NCBI GenBank assembly: GCA_004764695.1
Contig: SMSO01000006.1
Location: 1,751,859 to 1,815,858 of the forward strand
Length of the DNA: 64,000 bases
Direction: 5' to 3'
Origin: Schizochytrium sp. TIO01
Taxonomy: Eukaryota; Protista; Bigyra: Labyrinthulomycetes
The notes beneath the pieces are model-generated. The model had not been told where the DNA came from. It saw only the letters and a list, made by a program, of their open reading frames with translations, and ran no database searches. Shown here in pieces: positions 23,565 to 34,842 of this stretch. How positions within the stretch are numbered: the first letter of the stretch is position 1; every line of letters begins with the position of its first letter. A program made the position numbers and the translations under genes.

Positions 23565-25829
23565 ATGGAGCTCAGCGTTGCCGGTCTCACGGCCGTGCGC
23601 CTGGCCTTTACAAATTGCGCTTATGTGAGTCCTGAGGACTACGCTGCGATGGGAATGACGGCAGGCGCGGAGTACGTGGACCTCCAGGGCCACGCATATA
23701 CTCTGAAGAGCGCCCCCGATGTCCAACGAGGAACCCTTGGTCTGAGCAACATGCAGCGGAACTTTTTGCGCGTGGAACAGGACCAACCTGTGCGCGTACT
23801 GCCACTGCGGCTCCCGCGTGACGAGACGCTGTACTTAGACTCTGTTGACGTTGGTGTGTCGTTGTTGCGGAGGAGCACCTCGGAAGTCTCCATCGACTGT
23901 CGCGAGCTGAGTGCTGAGCTCGCACAGTCATTCCATGGTCAAGTGTGGGAGTGCGGGATGAACCTGGCGTTCAAATTCCATGGCGAGAATGTGCGTCTAG
24001 TTGTGAACTCAATCACACACGTGCCGCAGGTGAGCGGGCAGGCACAAAGCGAGGTGGGTTCAGGAGAGAACCGTGTGGTAGGAAGGTTGAAGAGTGGCGC
24101 GGGAGGAGTGTTGACAAAATCTTCGGCGATGACTTTTAGCAAGATCGGAGATACGCCCGTGAGACTGACGGGTCAGGCCACACGAAAGTCGGCAAGTAAG
24201 ATGATGGATACAAACTTTGAGAAACTCGGTATTGGTGGCCTTAACAAGGAATTCGGCGATATCTTCCGTCGTGCTTTTGTGTCGCGAATTTTGCCCCCGG
24301 AAGTAGTTCATAAATTAGGTATCAAGCATGTCCGAGGACTCATGCTCTTTGGTCCCCCGGGATGTGGTAAGACACTCATCGCCCGACAGATCAGCAAGGT
24401 GCTCCAGGGCGGCGAGAACGCCCGTGAGCCCAAGATTGTATCTGGACCCGAGGTGTTGAGTAAATTTGTCGGCCAGGCTGAGGAAAATGTTCGTAAACTC
24501 TTCGCTGAGGCCGAGGCAGAACAAGCCGCTGCTGGTGACGACAGCGAGCTGCATGTGATTATCTTCGATGAAATTGATGCGATATGTCGTCAGCGTGGTA
24601 CCAAAAGAGACGGCACAGGTGTCGGTGACTCGGTGGTGAATCAGCTGCTTGCCAAAATTGACGGTGTCAATTCGCTCAACAACGTCCTCCTTATTGGTAT
24701 GACCAATCGGCTAGATATGATTGATAACGCTCTTCTTCGTCCGGGTCGTTTCGAGGTCCAGATGGAAATCGGTCTTCCCAGCGAGGAGGGTCGTTTACAG
24801 ATTCTTAATATCCACACGAAAAGTATGCGAGAGACTGATGCTCTAGCTACAGATGTAAATCTCGTCGAACTTGCAAAGGACACCAAGAATTTTTCCGGTG
24901 CCGAGATCGAGGGTCTGGTCCGTTCTGCGGTATCCTTTGCTACCAATCGTCACGTAAACACGGACGACCTTTCCAAACTTTTGGATGCAGACCAGATACA
25001 GATTACTGGAGATGATTTTGCTGCTGCTTTAGAGGAGGTTCACCCGGCCTTTGGTGTTCAGGGAGAAGATGAACTGAAGAGCCTTTATCGCAATGGTATT
25101 ATTCCCTTCAGTGATGCTTTTCAGCACGTGAATGACACGCTCCGGGCTCTTTCTGACCAATGTCTCCATTCTCCACGAACACCTCTCTTGTCTGTCCTGC
25201 TTTCTGGCGAAAAGGGGTGCGGTAAGACAGCCCTGGTCGCCAAAATGGCTGCTGAGGCAGGATTCAACTTTACCAAGGTTGTAACTGCCGACAGTATGAT
25301 TGGCTACTCTGAAAACCAAAAGTGTTCACAAATCGCGGCTATCTTTGAAGATGCTTACAAAAGTCCGATATCCCTGATTGTCTTTGACGATATCGAGCGA
25401 CTCATTGACTACGTTCCTATTGGCCCACGTTTCTCAAATTTGGTGCTGCAGGCTCTCCTCGTGCTCATCAACAAGCCTCCTCCGCGTGAAGACCGCAAGC
25501 TGATGGTCATTGGCACAACTTCCGTGCCTCATTTACTGCAAGATCTTGGTCTAGTACAAGTGTTCAACGTCGAACTGTCCATGCCTTTGCTTGATACGAA
25601 CGAGGCAGTCGAAGAAGTGATTCGCTACTTGATCGACCAGAGCCAGGATGACCAAGGGGATTCTGTACGCATTAGTTCACACGAACTCAGCGCGATTGCT
25701 CAAGATTGCAAGAAACCTATTGCTGTCAAAAAGCTCCTTGTTGTGCTCGAGATGGCTCGACAAGGTACAGAAGAGATTACTGTTGCTCGCTTCCAGGAAT
25801 GTCTCATGTCTATCGGCTACAGCAGCTAG
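23565..25829 (+). CDS. NSF: Vesicle-fusing ATPase NSF/Sec18
   Basis: GIGGLNKEFGDIFRRAF, GPPGCGKTLIARQI, IIFDEIDAIC, IGMTNRLDMID, LRPGRFEV, and D2 domain GEKGCGKT/DAYKS. ATG at 23565 (MELSVAG). Confidence 0.96.
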   Translation: MELSVAGLTAVRLAFTNCAYVSPEDYAAMGMTAGAEYVDLQGHAYTLKSAPDVQRGTLGLSNMQRNFLRVEQDQPVRVLPLRLPRDETLYLDSVDVGVSLLRRSTSEVSIDCRELSAELAQSFHGQVWECGMNLAFKFHGENVRLVVNSITHVPQVSGQAQSEVGSGENRVVGRLKSGAGGVLTKSSAMTFSKIGDTPVRLTGQATRKSASKMMDTNFEKLGIGGLNKEFGDIFRRAFVSRILPPEVVHKLGIKHVRGLMLFGPPGCGKTLIARQISKVLQGGENAREPKIVSGPEVLSKFVGQAEENVRKLFAEAEAEQAAAGDDSELHVIIFDEIDAICRQRGTKRDGTGVGDSVVNQLLAKIDGVNSLNNVLLIGMTNRLDMIDNALLRPGRFEVQMEIGLPSEEGRLQILNIHTKSMRETDALATDVNLVELAKDTKNFSGAEIEGLVRSAVSFATNRHVNTDDLSKLLDADQIQITGDDFAAALEEVHPAFGVQGEDELKSLYRNGIIPFSDAFQHVNDTLRALSDQCLHSPRTPLLSVLLSGEKGCGKTALVAKMAAEAGFNFTKVVTADSMIGYSENQKCSQIAAIFEDAYKSPISLIVFDDIERLIDYVPIGPRFSNLVLQALLVLINKPPPREDRKLMVIGTTSVPHLLQDLGLVQVFNVELSMPLLDTNEAVEEVIRYLIDQSQDDQGDSVRISSHELSAIAQDCKKPIAVKKLLVVLEMARQGTEEITVARFQECLMSIGYSS

Positions 25830-27712
25830 GCTGATCACTGTATAAGTAACTACATATAACAAAGTTTCTTCTCTTTTATTCTTGCTTGGTGGAGAAGGAT
25901 CCTGCGAACCCTGCGTACTAGCATTCATTGGCTCTTGTTTCTTCTTTATTTTTTTAATGCAACACCTGATCAATGTTGTAGGTACATTATTCTTCGAAGT
26001 GGAGTTTCTCTCCTGCCAATGGAAGGATTATAATGCAACATTTTTACTTGGCAGGTGGTGTGCAGTGCTCCGCGGGTTGCTTGCCACTAACCAAACTACA
26101 CATTCTAATAAGCAATCAGTAGCCCTAGCTTAATGTATTTAAATATCAAAGCATATTTATCTAAAGGAATTGTTGAGTGCTAGGTCTCAACATATGATTA
26201 TAATGATATTGACAATCATCAACTCTCTCTCTCTCCTCTTCAGGAAAAGACAATTCTTTTTTCACGACTTATTTCACCAGAAAGGCTCAGGCAAAAGTAT
26301 AATAAGTTGTAGTCTTTGCACGTGGAAAAGCAGTTCTGGATCCGATCGATGGGGGCGCGGAAGCCCACAGGGATTACGAATAGATTTAAGCATCTAAAAC
26401 AACCGTGACAGGAAGCAAGAAGAAGAAAAAGTAAAATTTGTGCCATTACATCGAAAGATTTTATATCGAATGACTTTAACAGGGCATCCCCCCGTGACAC
26501 ACAATAAGACTTCTGATAGATCGATCGAGCCACACCACATCCATTACAACAAGATACATGAAACATTGAAACTGCTTAGTTTATTTGAAGGTAGAACGCG
26601 TGGCCTGAAAAGCTGCTTCATACCTAGCGGGAGATCCATTCCCTTGCTGGACCCAGAATATATATGGTCTTTTGTTTGTTCGATTTGTTTTCAGCACAGG
26701 GCTTTTGTTCGCGTTGTTGAGTGCAATGGCTGCATACCTAAGTGTGGATGCCACCTTCAATGCCAGATGGATAGCTAGGAGAGCGTGGCTGCTCGTCAAT
26801 GCTCGCTCCTGTTCGTCGTCCGCAAAACAGACGCTTTGGAGTGGGTGTGCGCTGCCGTGAATAGCGGCCGGGAACTTGTGTGTTGGCGTTCAACCTTTTT
26901 TTAAAAGTTTATAGGGGCAAGTTCGCGTGATGTTAGTCTGACTCGGATGGTGACACTCCAAGAACACTTCACGCTCCCTCTAGCTAGAAGGGTAATATCT
27001 CACAGTCCTCAGTGGTCTTTCTTACTTATTGTAAGATTAGTAGCTATCTTCAAGGTGGAGAGTATTCGAAAGTCCTGCAGGTACGCCGCGAAGGTTTAGC
27101 TGAGAGTCAAAAATATCCCGACATGGACGCTTTTGAGTCATCCCTTTGCAACTTTGGGACACAGATTAGCCTTGTCCGTATATTTAGAGGTATACATATA
27201 TGTATATATGGACCCTGGCCAGAAACGGTGGGCGTGCGCACACACTAAGCAGTGCAACGACTCTGGCACGCGAGCAGGACAGTCGGAACTCGCTGCTTCC
27301 TCTTTTCACGGGCCAGAATCCCAGCGTAATAGCTACTAGGCCTAGTGGCAACCTAATATCAATCAGTCGCGTTTCTAGTGATGGTATTCTGTTGACCACC
27401 GCTGCGTCGCTGACTGATTTTGAGAGGTGCCAATCCGTATCATGAAATTAAATCATCATCACCATAGTATTTGCACACTTTTTCTCGCTACCCTAGTTAA
27501 CTATTATCAAGTACTATTACCAGGGTACTTTCTTTTGTTTTTTTCTTTTAACAATAAGTCTTCCCAACAACTCTAGTATTAATAGCATGTACCTAAGTTT
27601 AGGAATGACTGTTTAGCGAAAAGGCAGAGAATAAAGTACCTACGAAGTGAATCGAGGATCTCCGTATTCCACTGGCAATTTCGAAACGTGATGCATTACT
27701 TTGCTGGACAAG

Positions 27713-28939
27713 ATGAACTCAGAGAGGCGTAAAAGCAAAGTTCATAGCCTGCGCCGATCTATTGGCAAACAATTCACAGAGCTTCGCAAAAGTGCCACAC
27801 GAACAGATCGCTTCGAGGTGGAGCTCTCGCAACTCCTTGCACAGCGGCTGGAATGTCCAATTGCTTGGGAGATTACCAAACCCATTTCCTTAAACGAAGA
27901 TGCCTCAACGAGCCCCCAAAATGAGACTGACATTGAGATAAGTTATAGACGTCTTCCTCAAATCTCCAAGTCTGTAACTCCAACGACTTTTAGGTATATG
28001 CAACTAGCCAAGTCATCAACGAAGCGGACTCGTGAGGAAGAAACGCTCCAAAACGTAGTTGTGCATAAAACTTCAATCGAAAGTAGAGCACATACTTTTT
28101 TTGGAGTTGCTCGAATGAAGCAGCTTTCCTACGCAAGTCATGAGTTTGTCTACATTGGTACATTTGCCAGTCACATTCCAGATGGTGATGGTCTTATTTT
28201 TGACCGTAAATCTGGTCGATTTGTATACATGGGAGAGTTCGCAAAGGGTCGTCCTCATGGCCGAGGATCTGTCCTTCTGGAAAGTGAAGTTTTTCAGAAT
28301 GTAAATTTTAAACATGGAGAGCTTGAAAGGACAACAGATGAGGATCCAAAGTTGTTTATCGAGATGAGTAGAACACGATGTGTCCTCTTCCGGTTTCTAC
28401 CTCCGCCTCCAAATTACAAGACACAGCGAATTCCGGAAATCTTTCTATCGTGCGATAGATCTATTCACCATTTCTCAGCTCTAGATACATATACGTCAAT
28501 TCTCGACTCTACAATCGAATGTATTGCATTTTACGATTATGCAAATCTGCATGAGAATGTTCGCGAAATTATTCGTGAGTCATCTGTTTTCGTGACATTC
28601 GTATCTGATAGTTACTTTCACCAGAAAGCTACTCTGGTGGAACTTGTCGAAGCATTTCGCAAAAGAAAGCCTGTTCTTGCTGTATTCACTAAAAATGTCG
28701 ATCATTCTATGATCTTCCGAACATACCATGCCAACGCCTTGTCCGCAGGCGAGCTTCTTTCGCCAGCAGAATGGCAAGCTTTGGAGGAGGAGCACATTAT
28801 TCCCCTCGATGTCCATGCTGCCATTTGCTGGCTTTTGAAGCCTTTCAACACAGTTCAATGTACAGATCCCTCTATAGATGCAACGCCAATCCTTGACAAG
28901 ATTCAAGTACATGTAAACGACCAAACGTCTCAGTCTTAA
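27713..28939 (+). CDS. MORN-repeat plus TIR-like domain protein
   Basis: Two MORN-like repeats (YIGTFASHIPDGDG, YMGEFAKGRPHGRG), then a TIR_2-like segment (IFLSC...FYD...IRESSVFVTFVSDSYF...LVELVEAFRKRKPVLAVF). Confidence 0.7.
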   Translation: MNSERRKSKVHSLRRSIGKQFTELRKSATRTDRFEVELSQLLAQRLECPIAWEITKPISLNEDASTSPQNETDIEISYRRLPQISKSVTPTTFRYMQLAKSSTKRTREEETLQNVVVHKTSIESRAHTFFGVARMKQLSYASHEFVYIGTFASHIPDGDGLIFDRKSGRFVYMGEFAKGRPHGRGSVLLESEVFQNVNFKHGELERTTDEDPKLFIEMSRTRCVLFRFLPPPPNYKTQRIPEIFLSCDRSIHHFSALDTYTSILDSTIECIAFYDYANLHENVREIIRESSVFVTFVSDSYFHQKATLVELVEAFRKRKPVLAVFTKNVDHSMIFRTYHANALSAGELLSPAEWQALEEEHIIPLDVHAAICWLLKPFNTVQCTDPSIDATPILDKIQVHVNDQTSQS

Positions 28940-29254
28940 TACTAGATTATAATTTGGGATTGTCCTGAAGCTATTCTAAATCAATTACTGAACTTCATAG
29001 AAACTCCTATATCCTCATATGAAGAGCAGCAGGCAATCTGCGTGTGACAAAAAAACTAGGGATCAAATACTTTTATAGGTGAAAATAACACACTAAACGA
29101 AGAACCAGCACACAGAGCCCTTTGCTCTGTTTATTTGCAAAACTATGACCTTGTCGTTAGTAGCACGAATGAAACCAGCAGCCTGGGAACAGTATAGAAA
29201 AATTTGAATGAACACCTTGTAAAATTTCCTTGATTCATTGTTAGCAAGCAGTAG

Positions 29255-30031
29255 CTACATAACAACACAGCAGCCACCAGTATCGGCTTTATTAGCCTGT
29301 TCCTCGAGAGGCGAGTCCATGAGTGTAGCTTGAGTAAGTGTTTTATCACTCTCAGACCCAGGGACAAGACCAAATCTCTTGTCAAGCTCGCTGAAGAGCT
29401 TGATGTTGAGTTCAAATGAGACCACTGCCTCCTCCGCCATCTCATTTGCACGGTCTTCAGACAGACCTAGTGCATTCATACGAGCTCTATATTCGTTTTT
29501 AAAGGCCTCAGGATCAGGAATCTCTGAGAACTCGAAAAACGCCAAACCCTTGTCATCAAGTTTTAAAGTTTTCTTGGCCATTCCTCCTAGAAGTAACCCA
29601 CCACTGAGATCTCCAAGGTAGCGAGTATAGGCGTGCGCAATGAGAAGAAGAGGATCCCGGGTGCCTACCTCCCGAATTCTCTCAACATACTCACGCGTGG
29701 CTGGAGACATGTCCACAATGTCTTTGTTCTTTCGCCAGTTCTTGCCCAAGAAAAACTCAAGGTCTTCCTCGAGACTCTGGGTACGATCAAGTTCCTTGGG
29801 GAAATAAAGCGATTTCAGTTTTTCTGCATCAGCAGAAGAAGTGCAAGCATCAGCATAGATCTTTTCCATGACAATGTAAATATGATACATTGCCACAATA
29901 TAGGCAATGTGCTCATCCTTTCCGAGTTGACCTCGAATGAAAGCCTTCATGAATTGGGTAGACTCCGCTTCACGATGAACCTTCCCCGTGGCCTCTTTCA
30001 GAAGCTGTGCCAGCTCTTTATCTCCTGACAT
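29255..30031 (-). CDS. Heme oxygenase with C-terminal CaaX motif
   Basis: LKEATGKVHREAE (proximal His), LYFPKELDR, AHAYTRYLGDLSGG, FKNEYRARMN, EEAVVSFELNIKLF. Ends GGCCVVM-stop. ATG at 30031. Confidence 0.93.
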   Translation of the reverse strand: MSGDKELAQLLKEATGKVHREAESTQFMKAFIRGQLGKDEHIAYIVAMYHIYIVMEKIYADACTSSADAEKLKSLYFPKELDRTQSLEEDLEFFLGKNWRKNKDIVDMSPATREYVERIREVGTRDPLLLIAHAYTRYLGDLSGGLLLGGMAKKTLKLDDKGLAFFEFSEIPDPEAFKNEYRARMNALGLSEDRANEMAEEAVVSFELNIKLFSELDKRFGLVPGSESDKTLTQATLMDSPLEEQANKADTGGCCVVM

Positions 30032-32414
30032 TTTGTTTGCGAGCTCGTCAGGTTTCTTCACAAACCGGTTTGTATTCAGGGTCTGCTTCTGAATGCTTAC
30101 ATAAAATCACCAAATACTTAATCACATCATGATGGAATCTCGTCGAAGTGATTTTGGGTGTCATTACGAAACAATGAATTTTAAAATTATTTTTAAAATA
30201 TTTTTAAAAGTGCATCTAGTATCATGATTGATTCCCACAATATCATGCTGTCAAATAGGTACTTACTACCTAGTAGCACTTATCCTTATTGAAATTGGAC
30301 TGTGCAAAATAATTAAATCTAGGAAACAATGTTACCAAACTCAATGTGTTTCAGAGAAATGTTGAAAAACGTGCAATGCTCAACTTGCACAAGCAGCATT
30401 ATCTCCTGTCTGATTGCTATCATTAGAGTAGCGCCAACACGTGCGTGCACGTGCTATCTGTGGGTGTGTACTTGTCCACCCTAAAGCGTCTCCATCTCAA
30501 TCTTACAGGCGAAAGCTCAATCGTATCATGCTACATCAAATCTCGTCTTTCTAAGCTAGACGCAGACATTTACCACCCACGCGTGTTTTTTAGCGTTGGA
30601 GAAATATAGATTGAATTTTTTGTAATCATGGTTGAGGATCGTGATTTCTGTTTTCATCGACACATGTCCGGACATTTTGCAAGTCACTTGGGTGAGATGC
30701 AAGGGACAGGAATTCAGCCGAGTTTGTAGCTGGTTCGCCATTACAAAAGCATTTCTAATGATGTTATAAATTCTACCTCTGATGATATGGAAATATATTA
30801 CAAGTTATGTGAATGATGGTATGGTGGAACCCAAACCATCAATAGGTCAAAGTTTATACAAAATAGTTAACATCATCATCGCAACCTTTATGTCGGCGCC
30901 TTGCGACAGGTGGGTAGGAGCTGTCGCAACTAGAGTGAGTGAAGCTGTATAGTTAACTTGAAAACCCTTAAAGGTTTGTGCGCAATTTTCCAACACGCAG
31001 GCAAACTTAGTTCAAATCACTGTAGTGGAGAATCCTCAGGAGTATTCAGGTCATGAATTGTCACAACCTTTTTAATCTATATAGAGCTACAGTATAATAA
31101 CGGCCAATTAGTCCTACGAAAAGACGCAATCAGCCGAAAGAGAAATCTACACACTGAAAACAATTCCTAAAAACTAGGTGCTAGCCAAGACGTAGTGGTG
31201 ATGCGGGCACATTGCAATATCCAATGTCTCTAAGTAAATGTAGAAACGTAATCAGGTAGAGCTGAGAGGTTATCAAGTGAATCTCTTATATTTTGTGTTT
31301 GGTTTGCTCTCTAGAGAGTTGTTGGGATTATGTTTGTTTTGTGCTTGTTCGAGATTGATGTCTCTGACTGTCTTGAGGTTGCGAAGTGTTTCAAATGTGC
31401 TGCTTAAGTACTTGTGGTTTGTGCCGCATTTGCCCCTAGACTGTAAGTTTATTAAATAGGTCGAGGATGCATCGCATACTTTGGAGTACAACGGAGGCCA
31501 TGCATTAAAGAACTCTTTGTGATTGTTTATCTCTTGCTGCGATGATCATTCGTTGAAATTATGTTCCGCCCTGAAGATGTAAATGAGTGTCTGATATCAA
31601 CAACAACATTACTTTCACAGACCTGGAGGTCATCTTTTTCCATTCATTCTTCAGCATCTGCAGGATTAGCGAAATGATTATTATTTCCTAAGTCAGTCCC
31701 ATTCGGTCAGGTTCATGAATTGATTTTCTTCATTTCTTACGTTTTCTTCCAAGCTCTTATCTATCCTCGGATGTTTATTCAGAGCGGCTAATACTCAATA
31801 ATAAATTAGGCCTATCTAGAAAAGTTCCACTCTATTGGATTTTAGCAGATCATTTACCCGCATTTCCCCACTTCACATTGAATCATATATATTAAGAAGC
31901 GTCAGCATAAATTTTGATGCGCGCCAAACCTCATTGAATTGACTAAAAATTACCTACCTATCCATAAAGGTACCAGTAGTAGCCGCACTACATTATGTAG
32001 TACTAGGAGATGGAAATAATTGGGGAACTTCTGAAGCAAACATCACTGCAAAAGATGAAACAAGGGACAAAAGTGTCAACCCCCAAGAGTAACTAAAGAA
32101 ATTCCAGCCACTGATGAGGCGAAACCTTGCTTTTAACTTTCTTTTGGGTCATGTGCTTGGCTACTTCCCTATCAACCGATTATAAAAAAACTTAAGTAGT
32201 ATTTTATGTTGGGTTAGACAAAATCATATCTCGTCTAAGAGATCCCAAAATGCTACCGGTCTTTCTTGGATTAAATCCTGCAACGTCAGGCACTTTTTTC
32301 AGTAGAAGACCTTCTTTGCTGATTTTGGTGTAAGAAATTTGTAGTCTTAAAAAATATATATATATTTGTTTACTCGTTCAGAAGGTCATTTGATTCTGTA
32401 TTCTGTCGTCTTGG

Positions 32415-34061
32415 CTATTTAAAGGAGTCTCGGATTCGCTTGCGATGAATAGCAAACCCCAGAAGTGTGTTCAGTTCTTTCATTTCTGTGTCCCTGTTTT
32501 TCTTGGTGGTTTTGTCTTGTGAGGAGCGGCCAAAATCGATCAAGTGGGCGGTCTTGGTAGTGGTGTCGATGGCGATATTACGCAGCGCGATGTCGCCATG
32601 GAGCACACCGACCTGGTGCAGCGCGGAAAGTGATGCTCGAATGGCTGTAATTGCCCAGCTACTGTTAGCAAGAATAAGTTCTTTTGTTGCGGTCTCCCCA
32701 GAGAAGGTTGTGGCAATGATGATTCGTTTATGAAATGTGCCGCCGTACACCAAAAAGGGCGCGTGTTTACCTTGGAGCAGGCGCAGGGGGCCAAGGTACA
32801 GCTTAACTTCGTTGAGAAAGAAGGATTTTTCGAACTCATATGTCTCTCTCGCCCAGTCTTTAGAGACCGCCATGGTCTTCACAAAGATATCCCAGTTGAA
32901 GTCTTTGTTTGAAACCCAGGGAATCCAAACCACATAACTTGTGACAAGTCGGTAGTCTTTGGACCATGGCAGCGGCATGAAAAGGTAAGCTTCATCCTTG
33001 AAAGGTAAAACTTCAATAAGATTGCTGCGTAGCTCCTCTATATTTACTGCGAGTTGGTTTAGACCTTTCATGAATTGTAAGGCTGTTTCGCCCACCCTAT
33101 CTTTGAACTTCTCTGTGGCTCTATCACTTATCGAACGACCACCAAATTTTGTCTGGATACGTTCAGAATAAGCCCTGATTTCTGTGCTCGTGCTATTTGA
33201 TCTTGGTCTAAACTTTCCATTGTCAGGATCCCTGGACGCAGTATATATAAAAGCAGCCATTGCCTCGTTGGTGCTTATTACTCTTGCGCCCCCAGTTTCA
33301 GCACCGTAGAAACCACGGGTGATCCGCATGTTACCCTTGTTATCCCGCTTAACAAAATAAGTGAGTTCTACTGATGTCAGAATTGCGTATTTAACCCCGT
33401 GGATAAGCATATTACCATGTAATTGTTCAAGAGCTTGTCTCGGTTGGCCTCTAGATGTAAAAATAGCAATTCCCGCAGCTGCAGCGGCGTTTCGCCTGTC
33501 GGTCCAATTGGGGTTCTCAGACAAGGGCAAAAAATGATTAGGATGTTTAACTTCAACAATAGAGAAGACAGTCTCATTTCTTTGATCATCAATTTTGACC
33601 AAGGTGAGATCAGGCTTGGCTGAAAGGCCGATATCGTCTTCTATGCGTACGATGACTTTAGGAAAATTTGCAACCTCAGTGTGAAGTCCAACAAATGGCC
33701 TGCAGCACCAATTATTAAACAAACTAGCCATTGCATTGGTGTTTCCGCTAATGTTTAGTGGATAGAGCGAGGTTCGAAACGAAGTATTGCGTATTTGCAT
33801 GTTGAGTAAATTTGCACTGAGAAACGGGTTTATAATTTCACTTGTAAAACCCCGCCATAGCTTGAGGGATATGAACTCAAGACCCCATGCCGAAGGTGTC
33901 GCAGCAGTTGATGCATGAACACGAAGCGTAACTTTGAGAAACAGGGGCTTTCTAAGCCCCGCCAAGAGGGGTTCAATGAACTCGGCGAGAACTTTGGCGC
34001 GACCTTCGGCGCGACCTTCGGCGAGGATTGCTTCGTTTTCACTTAAGAGGAACTCGATCAT
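32415..34061 (-). CDS. Crinkler-type PD-(D/E)xK nuclease-fold plus protein-kinase-like fusion protein
   Basis: Intronless 548-aa ORF. KPDLTLV...IVEVKHP...ALEQLHGNM...KYAILTSVELTYFVKR fits a REase fold. C-terminal kinase-like IFVK, NEVKLY, LHQVGVLHGDIALRNI, LIDFGRS. Confidence 0.7.
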   Translation of the reverse strand: MIEFLLSENEAILAEGRAEGRAKVLAEFIEPLLAGLRKPLFLKVTLRVHASTAATPSAWGLEFISLKLWRGFTSEIINPFLSANLLNMQIRNTSFRTSLYPLNISGNTNAMASLFNNWCCRPFVGLHTEVANFPKVIVRIEDDIGLSAKPDLTLVKIDDQRNETVFSIVEVKHPNHFLPLSENPNWTDRRNAAAAAGIAIFTSRGQPRQALEQLHGNMLIHGVKYAILTSVELTYFVKRDNKGNMRITRGFYGAETGGARVISTNEAMAAFIYTASRDPDNGKFRPRSNSTSTEIRAYSERIQTKFGGRSISDRATEKFKDRVGETALQFMKGLNQLAVNIEELRSNLIEVLPFKDEAYLFMPLPWSKDYRLVTSYVVWIPWVSNKDFNWDIFVKTMAVSKDWARETYEFEKSFFLNEVKLYLGPLRLLQGKHAPFLVYGGTFHKRIIIATTFSGETATKELILANSSWAITAIRASLSALHQVGVLHGDIALRNIAIDTTTKTAHLIDFGRSSQDKTTKKNRDTEMKELNTLLGFAIHRKRIRDSFK

Positions 34062-34842
34062 TTCTTATGTTGGCTCATCAAACCAATTTTTCTTTCCAGA
34101 TTCGTTGAGGTATTGAAAAACTCGGACTGGTGCATGCAAAACGTAAGCAAGTGGTTGAAGAAGGACAAAGCCTATTGCGACGGTCGTGGACGGTTGCTCG
34201 GCAATAGTGAGTACGAAGGTGGCAGCGACGAAGCCTACACCTCGGACGATAGCGGTGGTGGTGGTAGTGGTAGTGGTGGGGAACCGTGGCGGAGATGCTA
34301 CAGTAGTGACTTGGCAGAACATCCTCGATGCTGCACAGTTTAGGTCCTATGGCGAAGCAGATCCCGGGGAGGCCAACGCCGACGAAGTGTCCTTAGGAAA
34401 GACTAAAACCAGAGGCTGAGGCCTTGAGTTCAATATTCATGAATTAAAATGTGATCAAAGACAGTTTCGCTTAGAATTTGATCAGCAGATACCACAGAAG
34501 TGCATCCTAAAGCCAGAGATGTTGTGCTTCTAAGAACATTTAAAGAAGCGAGAGAATAGTCTGCTTCTACTTTTACCACGATACTTTAGACACACAAACA
34601 ATTCGTGACAGGTAGAATGAAGCTTTTCACAATATCAGTAAATTTCTGATATTTGTCTCTAAACTTGTATCATAGTAAGTAGGATTTGTGCATGACAATA
34701 TTGAGCTATTGTAACGCTTGGTAGTAGCAAATTTCATTTTAAGCAAGAACGATCAAACCTTGCTCTTACCCAAGCCTAGGCATCTACACAAAAAGCACAA
34801 TGCACCTAAAGCTTAGTTACTAAAATCATTTTTTAAAAGTTT

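Noticed and set aside
34113-34419. Gly/Ser-rich short ORFs upstream of the nuclease-kinase gene
   Set aside because: Short, low-complexity (GGT/AGT repeats) and no recognisable domain.
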